Shown: one piece after another, positions 8,842-17,470 of the stretch
How positions within the stretch are numbered: position 1 is the stretch's first letter
How the letters are laid out: every line of letters begins with the position of its first letter
NCBI GenBank assembly: GCA_903875465.1
Contig: CAIQWB010000114.1
Coordinates: 36,472-100,471 of the forward strand
Source: an uncultured Verrucomicrobia subdivision 3 bacterium
Lineage (GTDB): Bacteria; Verrucomicrobiota; Verrucomicrobiia; Limisphaerales; UBA11358
Reading direction: 5' to 3'
Length of the DNA stretch: 64,000 nucleotides
The notes under the pieces: generated by a model
Database searches by the model: none
Told to the model about the DNA's origin: nothing
What the model saw: the letters and a program-made list of their open reading frames with translations, nothing else
Position numbers and translations under genes: made by a program

Positions 8842-10437
8842 TCAAGTCACAATCTGGGGTTCATGCCACTTGTGGCCGAGTTTTTCGAGCAAGTCATCTG
8901 CCGCCACGGGCCCCCAGGTGCCGGCGGCATAAAATTCGCGGTTAGTAAGGGGTTTGTCGTCCCAGAAATTGCGGATGGAATCGACGATGTGCCAGGCGGT
9001 TTCCACCTCATCGCGGCGAATAAACAGGGTCGCATCACCGGCGATGGCTTCGAGGAGGAGGCGTTCATAGGCCTCCGGGGTGTAGGCACCGAATTCCGCA
9101 TCATAGCTAAAATGCATGCGGACAGGGCGCACGCCGAGGCTCATGCCAGGCACTTTGCCATTGAAGCGCAGGGAAATCCCCTCGTTGGGCTGGAGGCGGA
9201 GGGTGAGGGCATTGGCATCCAGATGCTGGCCGCATTGGGCGGCAAACAGCACGTTCGGGGTCGGACGGAACTGAATGCGGACTTCGCTGGCACTCTGGGG
9301 GAGGTTTTTGCCCGTGCGCAAATAAAACGGGACGCCGCTCCAGCGCCAGTTATCGATAAACAGCTTCAAGGCGGCGAAAGTTTCCACATTGGAGGCGGGA
9401 TTTACCTTGGTTTCCTGGCGGTAACCGGGACGGGGTTGACCTCCGACGGAACCGGCGAAATACTGACCACGAACGACCTGCAAGGGCACCGTTTCCGGGG
9501 TGAGCGGGCGGATGGACTTGAGCAGCTTGACCTTTTCATCGCGGACGGATTCAGCCTCCAATGAAACGGGCGGTTCCATGGCGATAAGTGAGAGCACTTG
9601 CAGCATGTGGTTTTGCACCATGTCGCGCAGGGCGCCGGCCTCTTCGTAATAGCCGCCGCGCTCGCCGACCCCGAGTTTTTCGCTGACGGTGATTTGCACG
9701 TGGTCCACGGATTCGCGGTTCCACAAGCGCTCGAAAATGGAGTTGGAAAAGCGGAACATCAGAATGTTCTGCACCGTTTCCTTGCCGAGATAATGGTCGA
9801 TGCGAAAGACCTGCGATTCGTGGGCAAAGCGGGTCAGTTCCTGATTGAGCGTCTGGGCGGAGGCCAGATCATGGCCAAAGGGTTTTTCCACCACGATGCG
9901 CTGCCAGGCGGTGCCGTCCTTGTTCAACAGGCGCGCTTGGGAGATTTGCTCGGCCACCGTGCCAAACTGGCTCGGAGAGATGGCGAGATAAAACAGGAGG
10001 TTCTGGCGCAAGGGGGCACTGCCGAAGCCGGTCAGGATACCTTCGAGCTTTTGGTAGGCGGCCGAATCCGCCAGATCGCCCTGGCAGTAATAAAGGCAGG
10101 CGGCAAATTTTTTCCAGACTTCCTCGTCAACCGGCTTGGTGCGGGAAAACTGGTCAAGGGCAGCGCGTAGTTCGGTGCGCCAGGATTCATCGGTCTTTTC
10201 GCGCCGGGCAAACCCCACGATGCGAAAATCGGCGGGCATCTGATGCTCTTTGCACAAATGATACAATGCCGGAATCAGCTTGCGGGCGGTGAGATCCCCG
10301 CTAGCACCAAAGATGACAATGGAGCAGGGCTGCAAAGTCCTCCGCTCGGCACCGGGTTGCTGGCAATTTCCCTCGTCCGCTGGTCGCGAATTGTTCATGG
10401 AGGGAATGTTTACCCAAGGCGGGGAGGAATTCAACAT
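8842..10437 (-). CDS. zwf: Glucose-6-phosphate 1-dehydrogenase
   Basis: IVIFGASGDLTARKLIPALY (NADP-binding motif) and RIDHYLGKE (active-site motif). An alternative ATG lies at 10398. Confidence 0.95.
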   Translation of the reverse strand: MLNSSPPWVNIPSMNNSRPADEGNCQQPGAERRTLQPCSIVIFGASGDLTARKLIPALYHLCKEHQMPADFRIVGFARREKTDESWRTELRAALDQFSRTKPVDEEVWKKFAACLYYCQGDLADSAAYQKLEGILTGFGSAPLRQNLLFYLAISPSQFGTVAEQISQARLLNKDGTAWQRIVVEKPFGHDLASAQTLNQELTRFAHESQVFRIDHYLGKETVQNILMFRFSNSIFERLWNRESVDHVQITVSEKLGVGERGGYYEEAGALRDMVQNHMLQVLSLIAMEPPVSLEAESVRDEKVKLLKSIRPLTPETVPLQVVRGQYFAGSVGGQPRPGYRQETKVNPASNVETFAALKLFIDNWRWSGVPFYLRTGKNLPQSASEVRIQFRPTPNVLFAAQCGQHLDANALTLRLQPNEGISLRFNGKVPGMSLGVRPVRMHFSYDAEFGAYTPEAYERLLLEAIAGDATLFIRRDEVETAWHIVDSIRNFWDDKPLTNREFYAAGTWGPVAADDLLEKLGHKWHEPQIVT

Positions 10438-10638
10438 TTCTTGGCAAAATTAGAACCAGCCAAGATGAACCTCCAGGGCCGGCTGGCCAAGGGGTTTTCC
10501 GTGCTTAAACCCGCTGGCTCGAGCAAGGCGAAAGGCTTGGTTTCAACTTTGAGGAAGGCAGCTAGCTGGCTTTGCGAAGGTTTCGACCGACCTCCCTGCG
10601 GTGCCGCTGGCGGCGCGGACGCGTTCCACAAAACTGGT

Positions 10639-13056
10639 TCAAAATAAATTCACCGGATCAATATCCACGGCCATGGTGACTTCATCGGGAAGGGTCAATC
10701 CGGCGACTAATTTGGCGAGGGCGTGGCTGAGTTTGCTCATGGAGCGGGTGCGCAGCATGATTTGATAGCGATAGTAGGTCTCGGCTTTGAGCAGGGGCGC
10801 GGGGGCGGGGCCGGCAATGATCAGGTCTTTGAAGGCGGCCGCCGGGCCGGCGGAATTGGCGGGAGGGGAGGCCGAGGAATTAGCCGGATTAGGAATCAGC
10901 TTGTCCAGTTCGCGCTTCACGTGGTCGGCGGAGAATTTCACCTTGTCCTCGCTGCGGCCTTTGAGGGTGAGCAGGGCGACGCGACCGGCGGGGGGATATT
11001 TTAGCTGCTCGCGAAATTCCAGCTCCTGATCATAGAAACCCTGGAAATCATGACGGCGGGCGTACTGGATGGCGGGGTGAAACGGGGTAAAGGCCTGCAC
11101 GAATACTTCCCCCTCCACATCACCACGACCGGCGCGGCCGGCGACCTGGGTGAGGAGTTGGAAGGTGCGTTCGCCGGCGCGAAAGTCCGGCTGGTGCAAG
11201 GCGGAATCAGCATAGATGATGCCGACGAGGGTGACGTTGGGAAAGTGAAGTCCCTTGGCGATCATTTGCGTGCCGACCAGGATGTCGATTTTACCCGCGC
11301 GAAAATCGCCGAGGATGCGGCGGTAGTCATCCTTGCGCTTCATGGTGTCGGCATCCATGCGGTGGCAGCGGGCGCGGGGGAAGAGTTTTTTGATGGCCTC
11401 CTCCACTTTTTGCGTGCCGGTTCCGGAAAAACGAATGGCGGGGTTGCCGCATTTTTCGGCCGGACAAATTTTGGGCACGGGCGCGACATGGGCGCAAATA
11501 TGGCAGCAGAGTTTTTGCTCAATCCGATGGTAGGTAAGCGAAACACTGCAATTGGGGCACTCGGCGACGTAACCACACGCGGGACATTGCAGCGCGGTGG
11601 AGTAGCCCCGGCGGTTCAGGAAGAGGATGGTTTGCTCCTGGCGTTCGAGACGCTGGGTAATCGCCTCCTTGAGCTGGGGCGAGAAAATGGGAATGCCTTT
11701 TTCGGCGTGAGCGGCCTGCCGCATGTCGACCACACGGACATGGGGCATCTTCTGGTCATCAACCCGCTCCGGCAGTTCCAACAGCGTATATTTTCCGCTT
11801 TTGCAATTGTAGTAACTCTCGAGGGAAGGGGTGGCCGAGCCGAGGACGACGACGGCATTTTCCATTTGGGCGCGGACGATGGCAACATCGCGGGCATGGT
11901 AGCGCGGGGCCTCTTCCTGTTTGTAGGTTTGCTCATGCTCCTCATCCACGATAACCAGGCCCAGTGGTTCCACCGGGGCAAAAATGGCGGAGCGCGCGCC
12001 GATGACAATTCGGGCCCGGCCCTGGCGGATTTTGTGCCATTCGTCGTGCCGTTCCCCGGCCGACAAATGCGAGTGCAGCACCGCGACCAGGGTTTGCAGC
12101 CTGCCGGAACTGAAGCGGGCCTTGAAGCGCTCCACGGTCTGGGGGGTGAGGGCGATTTCGGGTACCAGCACAATAGCCCCCCTGCCCTGCTCCAGCGCAT
12201 GGGCGATGGCTTGCAAATAAATCTCGGTCTTGCCACTGCCCGTGACGCCATGGAGCAGAAAAGCGCCACCGGCGGGTTTGTTAACCACCTCTGGCGCAGG
12301 GCGGGTGTCCTCACCGACGGGTTTGGGCGGCGTCTCGCCGCCCGTTCTGCCCATGGCAGCGAAAGCCACCGGGACGGTGCTGGAACCCGCCGCCGGGGAC
12401 GGCGGTGCGACGGGAGTCCGGCGGGCGTCCATGGCGGCCACAACTTGGGCGAGGGCACCGGCCTGCGCGGGATTCAGGGTGATGGGGAGCGAGGCCACGA
12501 TGGTTTCATTGGCATAGGGGTCGCGCTCGGAAATCTGGGGGGCAACGGTCACCAGACCACGATCCTCGAGCTTGCGCACGGTGGCGGCAGTGGTACGGGC
12601 GAGGGCCAGCAGTTCCGTCATGGCCAGTTCGCGGCGCTCCTGCAAGAGGTTCCACACCGCTTGTTGCCGGGCCGGCAGTTTGGGGGGATCCCCGGCCACC
12701 GGCAGGAGGCGGACGAACAAGCGTTCACGCCAGCCGGCCGCTTCCTGGCGCACGGCCTCGGGCAGAACGGATTTCAGGGCCGTCTCCGGGGCACAGCAAT
12801 AGTATTCGCCAATCCAGCGGGCGAGTTGCAAGACCTTGGGGGTGACCATGGTTTGGGCACCGATGACTTTCAGGATGGATTTAAGATTGGCATGGGCGGA
12901 TTCCTCCGCCAGGGCGGTGACACAGCCGGGAATTTTACGCGCGCCAAAGGGAACCTGCACCCGGCTGCCCACCTCCACCTGCCCGACCAACCCGGGGGGA
13001 ATCAGATAATCAAATTCCCGGCGCAAGGCAATTTCGAGACTGACCCGGGCAATCAT
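10639..13056 (-). CDS. priA: Primosomal protein N' (replication restart helicase PriA) with low-complexity inserts
   Basis: Walker A HGVTGSGKTEIYL, motif II VIVDEEHE, and Cys-rich zinc region CPACGYVAECPNCSVSLTYH...CCHICAH. There is an A/P/G-rich insert before the Walker A motif. Confidence 0.93.
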   Translation of the reverse strand: MIARVSLEIALRREFDYLIPPGLVGQVEVGSRVQVPFGARKIPGCVTALAEESAHANLKSILKVIGAQTMVTPKVLQLARWIGEYYCCAPETALKSVLPEAVRQEAAGWRERLFVRLLPVAGDPPKLPARQQAVWNLLQERRELAMTELLALARTTAATVRKLEDRGLVTVAPQISERDPYANETIVASLPITLNPAQAGALAQVVAAMDARRTPVAPPSPAAGSSTVPVAFAAMGRTGGETPPKPVGEDTRPAPEVVNKPAGGAFLLHGVTGSGKTEIYLQAIAHALEQGRGAIVLVPEIALTPQTVERFKARFSSGRLQTLVAVLHSHLSAGERHDEWHKIRQGRARIVIGARSAIFAPVEPLGLVIVDEEHEQTYKQEEAPRYHARDVAIVRAQMENAVVVLGSATPSLESYYNCKSGKYTLLELPERVDDQKMPHVRVVDMRQAAHAEKGIPIFSPQLKEAITQRLERQEQTILFLNRRGYSTALQCPACGYVAECPNCSVSLTYHRIEQKLCCHICAHVAPVPKICPAEKCGNPAIRFSGTGTQKVEEAIKKLFPRARCHRMDADTMKRKDDYRRILGDFRAGKIDILVGTQMIAKGLHFPNVTLVGIIYADSALHQPDFRAGERTFQLLTQVAGRAGRGDVEGEVFVQAFTPFHPAIQYARRHDFQGFYDQELEFREQLKYPPAGRVALLTLKGRSEDKVKFSADHVKRELDKLIPNPANSSASPPANSAGPAAAFKDLIIAGPAPAPLLKAETYYRYQIMLRTRSMSKLSHALAKLVAGLTLPDEVTMAVDIDPVNLF

Positions 13057-13781
13057 GGGGCGGGGTCGAGGGTGATGGAACGCAATTCGCGTTCGAGTTC
13101 CTGCCGTAATTGCTCACGGCCTTCGGCCGCGATTTCCCGGGGCACTCGCAAGGGCTGACCGATGATGACGTGGCAGCGGGTGAAGGGCAGCGGAATTTGA
13201 AAACGGTCCCAACTCCGCAACTGAATTTTCCAAGATAAGTGGTAGGAGACGGGAATGATGACCAGGCCACTGAACTGGGCCACGGAAATAACGCCTTCTT
13301 GCACCGTATAGCATGGACCGCGCGGGCCGTCGGGCGTGATGGCCAGGTCGTAGCCCGCCTCGGCCCGGGTGACCAATTCGCGCAACGCCTGGGCGCCGCG
13401 CCGGCTGGAAGAGCCGCGCACGGGCTCGATGCCGAAATAATTAAAGATGGCGGCCAGCAGGCCGCCATCGCGACTGGCGCTGACCAGGCCGGCGATTTTG
13501 CGCTCCGGCGCGTGCCGCAGCACAAAACGGCTCCATAAGACGGAGGAAAGGGCCAGCCGGTTGTGCCAGAGGGCAAAGATAATTCGTTCCCGGGGCGCAC
13601 CGTTAAAAAATCCCGGCCGATCCTCCAGCCGAAACCGCACTGTGAAAGCCACCACCCGCACCAGGCCGAAGATCAGGGCGGCCAGTAATTTTTGATGCCA
13701 GCGGGCACGGTGCGGGACCACCACCCCGCTGACTTTGGGAGCGGGGTGAGGCGGCTGGCGGGAGGCGGGTCCGGACGGCAT
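13053..13781 (-). CDS. DUF374 / lysophospholipid-acyltransferase-like family protein
   Basis: ALWHNRL...SASRDGGLLAAIFNYFGIEPVRGSSSRRGAQALRELV...DLAITPDGPRGP matches the DUF374 pattern as I remember it. Its start overlaps the ruvA stop (TAATG) and its stop overlaps the priA start. Confidence 0.65.
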   Translation of the reverse strand: MPSGPASRQPPHPAPKVSGVVVPHRARWHQKLLAALIFGLVRVVAFTVRFRLEDRPGFFNGAPRERIIFALWHNRLALSSVLWSRFVLRHAPERKIAGLVSASRDGGLLAAIFNYFGIEPVRGSSSRRGAQALRELVTRAEAGYDLAITPDGPRGPCYTVQEGVISVAQFSGLVIIPVSYHLSWKIQLRSWDRFQIPLPFTRCHVIIGQPLRVPREIAAEGREQLRQELERELRSITLDPAP

Positions 13782-14386
13782 TATTTTCCCTTTTTCAAGC
13801 AGGCGCGCACAAGGTCCTCCACAGTGGCCTCGGGGCCCAGCATCGCCTGGGCAGCCCGGACAGAATCGTGCGCCTCGGCTTGTTTGAAGCCCAGAGCCAT
13901 CAGCGCCAGGACGGCGTCGTTGAGTTTTTGGTCATTGGGCGCCAGGCCATGCTTCGCGCTGGCGGCCTCCAGGGCTCCGGCCACACCGACCTTGTCGCGC
14001 AACTCCACGACAATGCGCTCGGCGGTTTTTTTGCCCACGCCAGAAATTTGGGAGAGGGCCTTAACATCACCACCGGCGACCGCGCCACGAAAGGCAGTGA
14101 CGGAAATACCGCTGAGGATGTTGAGGGCGGTTTTGGGGCCGATGCCGGAAACGGTGTGGGTGAGCATGCGGAACAGATTGCGCTCCGCCTCGGTCATAAA
14201 ACCGTATAACAGATGGGCATCCTCGCGCACCACGAGCTGGGTGAGCATTTTGAGGGGCTGGCCGGGCAGCGGGAGCTTGTCAAAAGAGGACAGTGGGATG
14301 AGCACCTCATAGCCAATGCCATTCACATCGACCACCGCCTGGGTGGGGAGGGCTTCCACGAGTTTGCCTTGGAGAAAGGTAATCAT
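13781..14386 (-). CDS. ruvA: Holliday junction DNA helicase subunit RuvA
   Basis: MITFLQGKLVE...VDVNGIGYEVLIP, helix-hairpin-helix region GIGPKTALNILS...ISGVGKKTAERIVVEL. 201 aa. Confidence 0.93.
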   Translation of the reverse strand: MITFLQGKLVEALPTQAVVDVNGIGYEVLIPLSSFDKLPLPGQPLKMLTQLVVREDAHLLYGFMTEAERNLFRMLTHTVSGIGPKTALNILSGISVTAFRGAVAGGDVKALSQISGVGKKTAERIVVELRDKVGVAGALEAASAKHGLAPNDQKLNDAVLALMALGFKQAEAHDSVRAAQAMLGPEATVEDLVRACLKKGK

Positions 14387-14389
14387 GGG

Positions 14390-14971
14390 TTAAATTTTTT
14401 TCAGCGGTTTCAATTGGTAGCGGGAAGCCTCCCGGGCGTGGGTGAGTGCGAGCGCCAGGGCATCGGCGGCATCGGGAGCGGGGAGTTCGGTGAGATTTAA
14501 CATCCGCTGGACCATGGTGGCGACGGCGGATTTCTGGGCGGCGCCATAGCCCACAATGGCCTGCTTCACCTTGCGGGTGGCAATTTCATAAATATCCAGG
14601 CCAGCCGCGGCAATGGCCGCCATGGCGGCGCCGCGGGCCTCCCCCATGATGAGCGCGGTCTTGAGATTCTGCACAAAGAAAATGCCCTCAATCACACAGA
14701 CCGTGGGCTGGTGTTCCGCGATGACGGTGCGCAGGGTGTCGGAGATTTTGACCAGGCAGCGCGAACGGTCCCAACCGGCAGGGCAGGCAATCGTCCCCAT
14801 GGCCAGGGTTTGCGGGTGCGGTTTGCCCGGGACAATGATGCCATAACCGGTGCCGCGCAACGAGGGATCCACGCCGAGAATAGTGGCAGGGGTCCGGACG
14901 ACGGCCGCCAGCGGCGGGGGGCGCTGGCCAGCCTTCCGGGCCGAAGCGCCGCCGCCGAGGCGCTCCTTCAT
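14390..14971 (-). CDS. ruvC: Crossover junction endodeoxyribonuclease RuvC
   Basis: ILGVDPSLRGTGYGII (catalytic Asp) ... VCVIEGIFF ... DAADALALALTHA. The start is uncertain. ATG 14971 is preferred. The track uses TTG at 15061, which overlaps the upstream stop. Confidence 0.88.
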   Translation of the reverse strand: MKERLGGGASARKAGQRPPPLAAVVRTPATILGVDPSLRGTGYGIIVPGKPHPQTLAMGTIACPAGWDRSRCLVKISDTLRTVIAEHQPTVCVIEGIFFVQNLKTALIMGEARGAAMAAIAAAGLDIYEIATRKVKQAIVGYGAAQKSAVATMVQRMLNLTELPAPDAADALALALTHAREASRYQLKPLKKI

Positions 14972-15057
14972 TTGCTCAAATTGCTGGAGTGAGATACCCA
15001 CCCGGAAAGGTTGCCAGCGACCACCCGGCAGCAAAAGGAAAAACGCGGGCAGAGCGG

Positions 15058-16854
15058 TCAATGCGGCCCATGTTTGGGCGGGTTATCATTATTAGCCCGG
15101 GGAGCCGGAGCCGGAGCGGGCTGGGAACGGGGCTCAGGTTGGGGTTGGGGTTTTGGTTCGAAGCGCTGGGGCGGTTCCACCTGCCGGGGAGGCGCAATCG
15201 GTTGCGGCGCCGGGTAGTGCGGCGGCTCCGGGCGCTGGGGCGGTTCGTAACGGGGCGGCGGGGCCAGTTGTTGGGGCACTTGCGGTGCCATATGCGCCGG
15301 TTCGTGGCTGGTCACGGGTTGCGGAAATGATTGATGGGTTGGTTCACGCAGGGCCGGAGGGGCGGGAACTGGAGCGGAGGGGCGCTCCGGGCGCACGGGG
15401 GAGGCAAAATTATTTTCGGAATGGGGGGTGGCCCGGAACGTGTTAATGCGATTATCCGCCGGCCATTGGGATTGCGGCGGCTCGTAGGTATGCGCCGGGG
15501 GTTGATTCACTTCCGGCTGGGGGGCCACGACATGGTAGCCTCCGGGATTTTTTGGGGGGGTCAAGCGGTTGTTACGATCCCCGGGGAAGGTTTCCGCATG
15601 GGGTTGATTGAACTGAGCCGGACGGTTTCGTCCCCAGTCGGCATTATGCGGACGGTCGACGACGACATTCCCCCGGTTGTCCTGGAATTGCGGGCGGTTG
15701 ACCATCACTTCGCCATGGTTCACGGCTTCACCATGAGCGAACCGGCCGACGGGGTGGTCGGTGTCATGAATCGTGATCGGCCGAATTTCCTCATGGGTGG
15801 CCCGGCTGATGCGACCGGGATCAATGCCATGATTAATAAAGCCATGGTGATCATCCCGATCGAAATGATTGATGCCCACGGTTCGATGATAAATGCCATA
15901 AACTCCCCCGCGGTCCAGGCGATGGCGGTACGGATGCGGATCGCAGAAAAAGTTTGCGCCCACAAAGACAAAGCAATCGGGGGCCAGGCCAAAATCAAAC
16001 CCGACTGCCACAGAGCTGCCATTGTAGAAAAATCCGGCTCCCTCGTGATATGCCGCCCCCGGCGGCAGGGGTGCCCAGCCGTAATAGTCATCCGAATACC
16101 GCCAAGTCACCCAGGAAGGTCCCCAAACGGTGTCCGGATACCAGCACCAGCCAAAACGGGCATCCCGGAACCAACGGCCATAGTGAAAAGGCGCCCAGCC
16201 CCACGAATAGTCGGAAACCCAATACCAGCCACTATCCGTGTAGACCCAATGGCCATGATCACCGTAGGGCTGCCAGTCGTGATTGTAGATGGCCACCCCG
16301 GGCTGCCAGCAACGGCCATAACCATTCACCATCACCCAGTTACCATAAGGAGACAGGGTGTCGTAAAAGTAATTCACGGTCACCGGGGCGGGCGGGCTGA
16401 CCACAACCTCGGGAGGGGTGGAATCGGTGACCGGTGCCGGGCTGGCTGCCGGGGCGGGAGCAGGTTCGGGAACAACTGGGGGGGGAATGGGTGGCGGGGT
16501 GGCGGCAGCGATTTGGGCTTGCAAGCCCACATCATGCTGCATCATCGCCGAGGCGAGGCTGTTGGGCACCCCGGCATCCTTGAGGTAGATTAATTTATCG
16601 GAATTCAGGTTGAAGGTGCTGGTGGAATTGGTGATATAGGCCTGGATAATTCCCTCATCCACACCGGCTTGGGCGAGTTTGATGACCTGGGCCAGCGGGC
16701 TTTCAGGCAGGATGCCGCCAGGGAGGGTGGTGAGGGTGGCGGTGGGTTCCACGGTGTCCTGGCTGAAGGCGGCTGGGGCCAGCGGGCCACCTAAAAGCGC
16801 CACCACCGCCAGCACGCGGGACAGGGGAAAACGCCTCGAAAACTCGGTCTTCAT
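15058..16854 (-). CDS. Secreted protein with a W/Y/G-rich central domain and a long Pro/Gln-rich C-terminal tail
   Basis: Signal peptide MKTEFSRRFPLSRVLAVVALLGGPLAPAAFSQ. Central region: YGNWVMVNGYGRCWQPGV...HWVYTDSGWYWVSDYSWGWAPFHYGRWF...GWCWYPDTVWGPSWVTWR. It may belong to a DUF family of W-rich repeats, but I cannot name it reliably. The C-terminal ~200 aa are P/Q/E-rich. Confidence 0.6.
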   Translation of the reverse strand: MKTEFSRRFPLSRVLAVVALLGGPLAPAAFSQDTVEPTATLTTLPGGILPESPLAQVIKLAQAGVDEGIIQAYITNSTSTFNLNSDKLIYLKDAGVPNSLASAMMQHDVGLQAQIAAATPPPIPPPVVPEPAPAPAASPAPVTDSTPPEVVVSPPAPVTVNYFYDTLSPYGNWVMVNGYGRCWQPGVAIYNHDWQPYGDHGHWVYTDSGWYWVSDYSWGWAPFHYGRWFRDARFGWCWYPDTVWGPSWVTWRYSDDYYGWAPLPPGAAYHEGAGFFYNGSSVAVGFDFGLAPDCFVFVGANFFCDPHPYRHRLDRGGVYGIYHRTVGINHFDRDDHHGFINHGIDPGRISRATHEEIRPITIHDTDHPVGRFAHGEAVNHGEVMVNRPQFQDNRGNVVVDRPHNADWGRNRPAQFNQPHAETFPGDRNNRLTPPKNPGGYHVVAPQPEVNQPPAHTYEPPQSQWPADNRINTFRATPHSENNFASPVRPERPSAPVPAPPALREPTHQSFPQPVTSHEPAHMAPQVPQQLAPPPRYEPPQRPEPPHYPAPQPIAPPRQVEPPQRFEPKPQPQPEPRSQPAPAPAPRANNDNPPKHGPH

Positions 16855-17080
16855 ATAATGTAGGGACTCGTTTGCACGGTATGGTTTTAGTTTACCATAG
16901 CTTTGACGCCCCCGGGGGAAAAGTATTCAACTGGATGCAACCTGTTGGAATTTAGAGGAATACGGGCGGTATTGGACGGTTTTCGGAACGGCAAAGGGAT
17001 GACTTTAGCCAATTTAGAGGTAAAAACACCCTCCGGGATGCGGAAAAGTCCAATGTCCCATGGCAAAACCTCGCAAAGGT

Positions 17081-17130
17081 ACGATTAGGCACGATTAGGC
17101 ACGATTAGGGGCGATTCACCTGGATTTAGC
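17081..17130. repeat. Tandem 10-bp phased repeat (ACGATTAGGC x3, then two degenerate units)
   Basis: acgattaggc acgattaggc acgattaggg gcgattcacc tggatttagc, read directly from the sequence with an exact 10-bp period. Confidence 0.85.
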
Positions 17131-17162
17131 CACGAACGACGGGTCAGGGGACCCGGTCTAAA

Positions 17163-17323
17163 CCCGAACTCCGAAATTAACACGCCCGGTCTGCATCAAT
17201 CTATTGGGCATAAACGGTTTGGAAAAATCTTACCAGACCGCTGCGGGTATGCGGCGATTTTTCCAAAGCGTTTCTGCTCCAATATCTTGACGCATCCCAG
17301 CCATCTTAATTTCGGAGTTCGGG
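17163..17323. mobile_element. MITE-like palindromic element, copy A (161 bp, 18-bp TIRs, 5-bp TSD CTAAA)
   Basis: TIRs are CCCGAACTCCGAAATTAA (17163-17180) and TTAATTTCGGAGTTCGGG (17306-17323). Direct CTAAA occurs at 17158-17162 and 17324-17328. The second copy is at 46120-46344. Confidence 0.8.
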
Positions 17324-17430
17324 CTAAAGGATAATGGGGCGCAGGGATTAAAATCCGGTAACCTCACCGGCAGGCGGGCACAGAAGTTTTAGCCGGGCTG
17401 GAGGATTGGATTATTTTTTATTTTTTTGAG

Positions 17431-17470
17431 CCGGAGTAGCCCGGATTAGTGCGGATTCAGCCGGATTGGT
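17431..17470. repeat. Second phased 10-bp array (CCGGATTAGT-like units)
   Basis: ccggagtagc ccggattagt gcggattcag ccggattggt, with an exact 10-bp period. The core CGGATTAG is related to the 17081 array. Confidence 0.75.

Noticed and set aside
10639-13056. Low-complexity inserts in PriA as a sign of a mobile insertion or intein
   Set aside because: The inserts are short (about 40-55 aa) and A/P/G/S-rich, with no intein blocks or nuclease motifs. They are most simply lineage-specific disordered loops.
11050-13158. 702-aa plus-strand ORF opposite priA
   Set aside because: This is a shadow ORF. Its composition is G/R/A/L-rich, and it overlaps a gene with Walker A/B and zinc-finger motifs on the other strand.
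15331-16593. 420-aa plus-strand ORF opposite the W-rich secreted protein gene
   Set aside because: It is the antisense of a Pro/Trp-rich gene (CCN/TGG codons read as GGN/CCA). It has no signal peptide or motifs, and the minus-strand ORF has a signal peptide and operon context.
17081-17130. 10-bp tandem repeats considered as a possible CRISPR or mini-array
   Set aside because: The units are contiguous with no spacers and are only 10 bp long. No cas genes are present. I treated them as a phased microsatellite or binding array instead.
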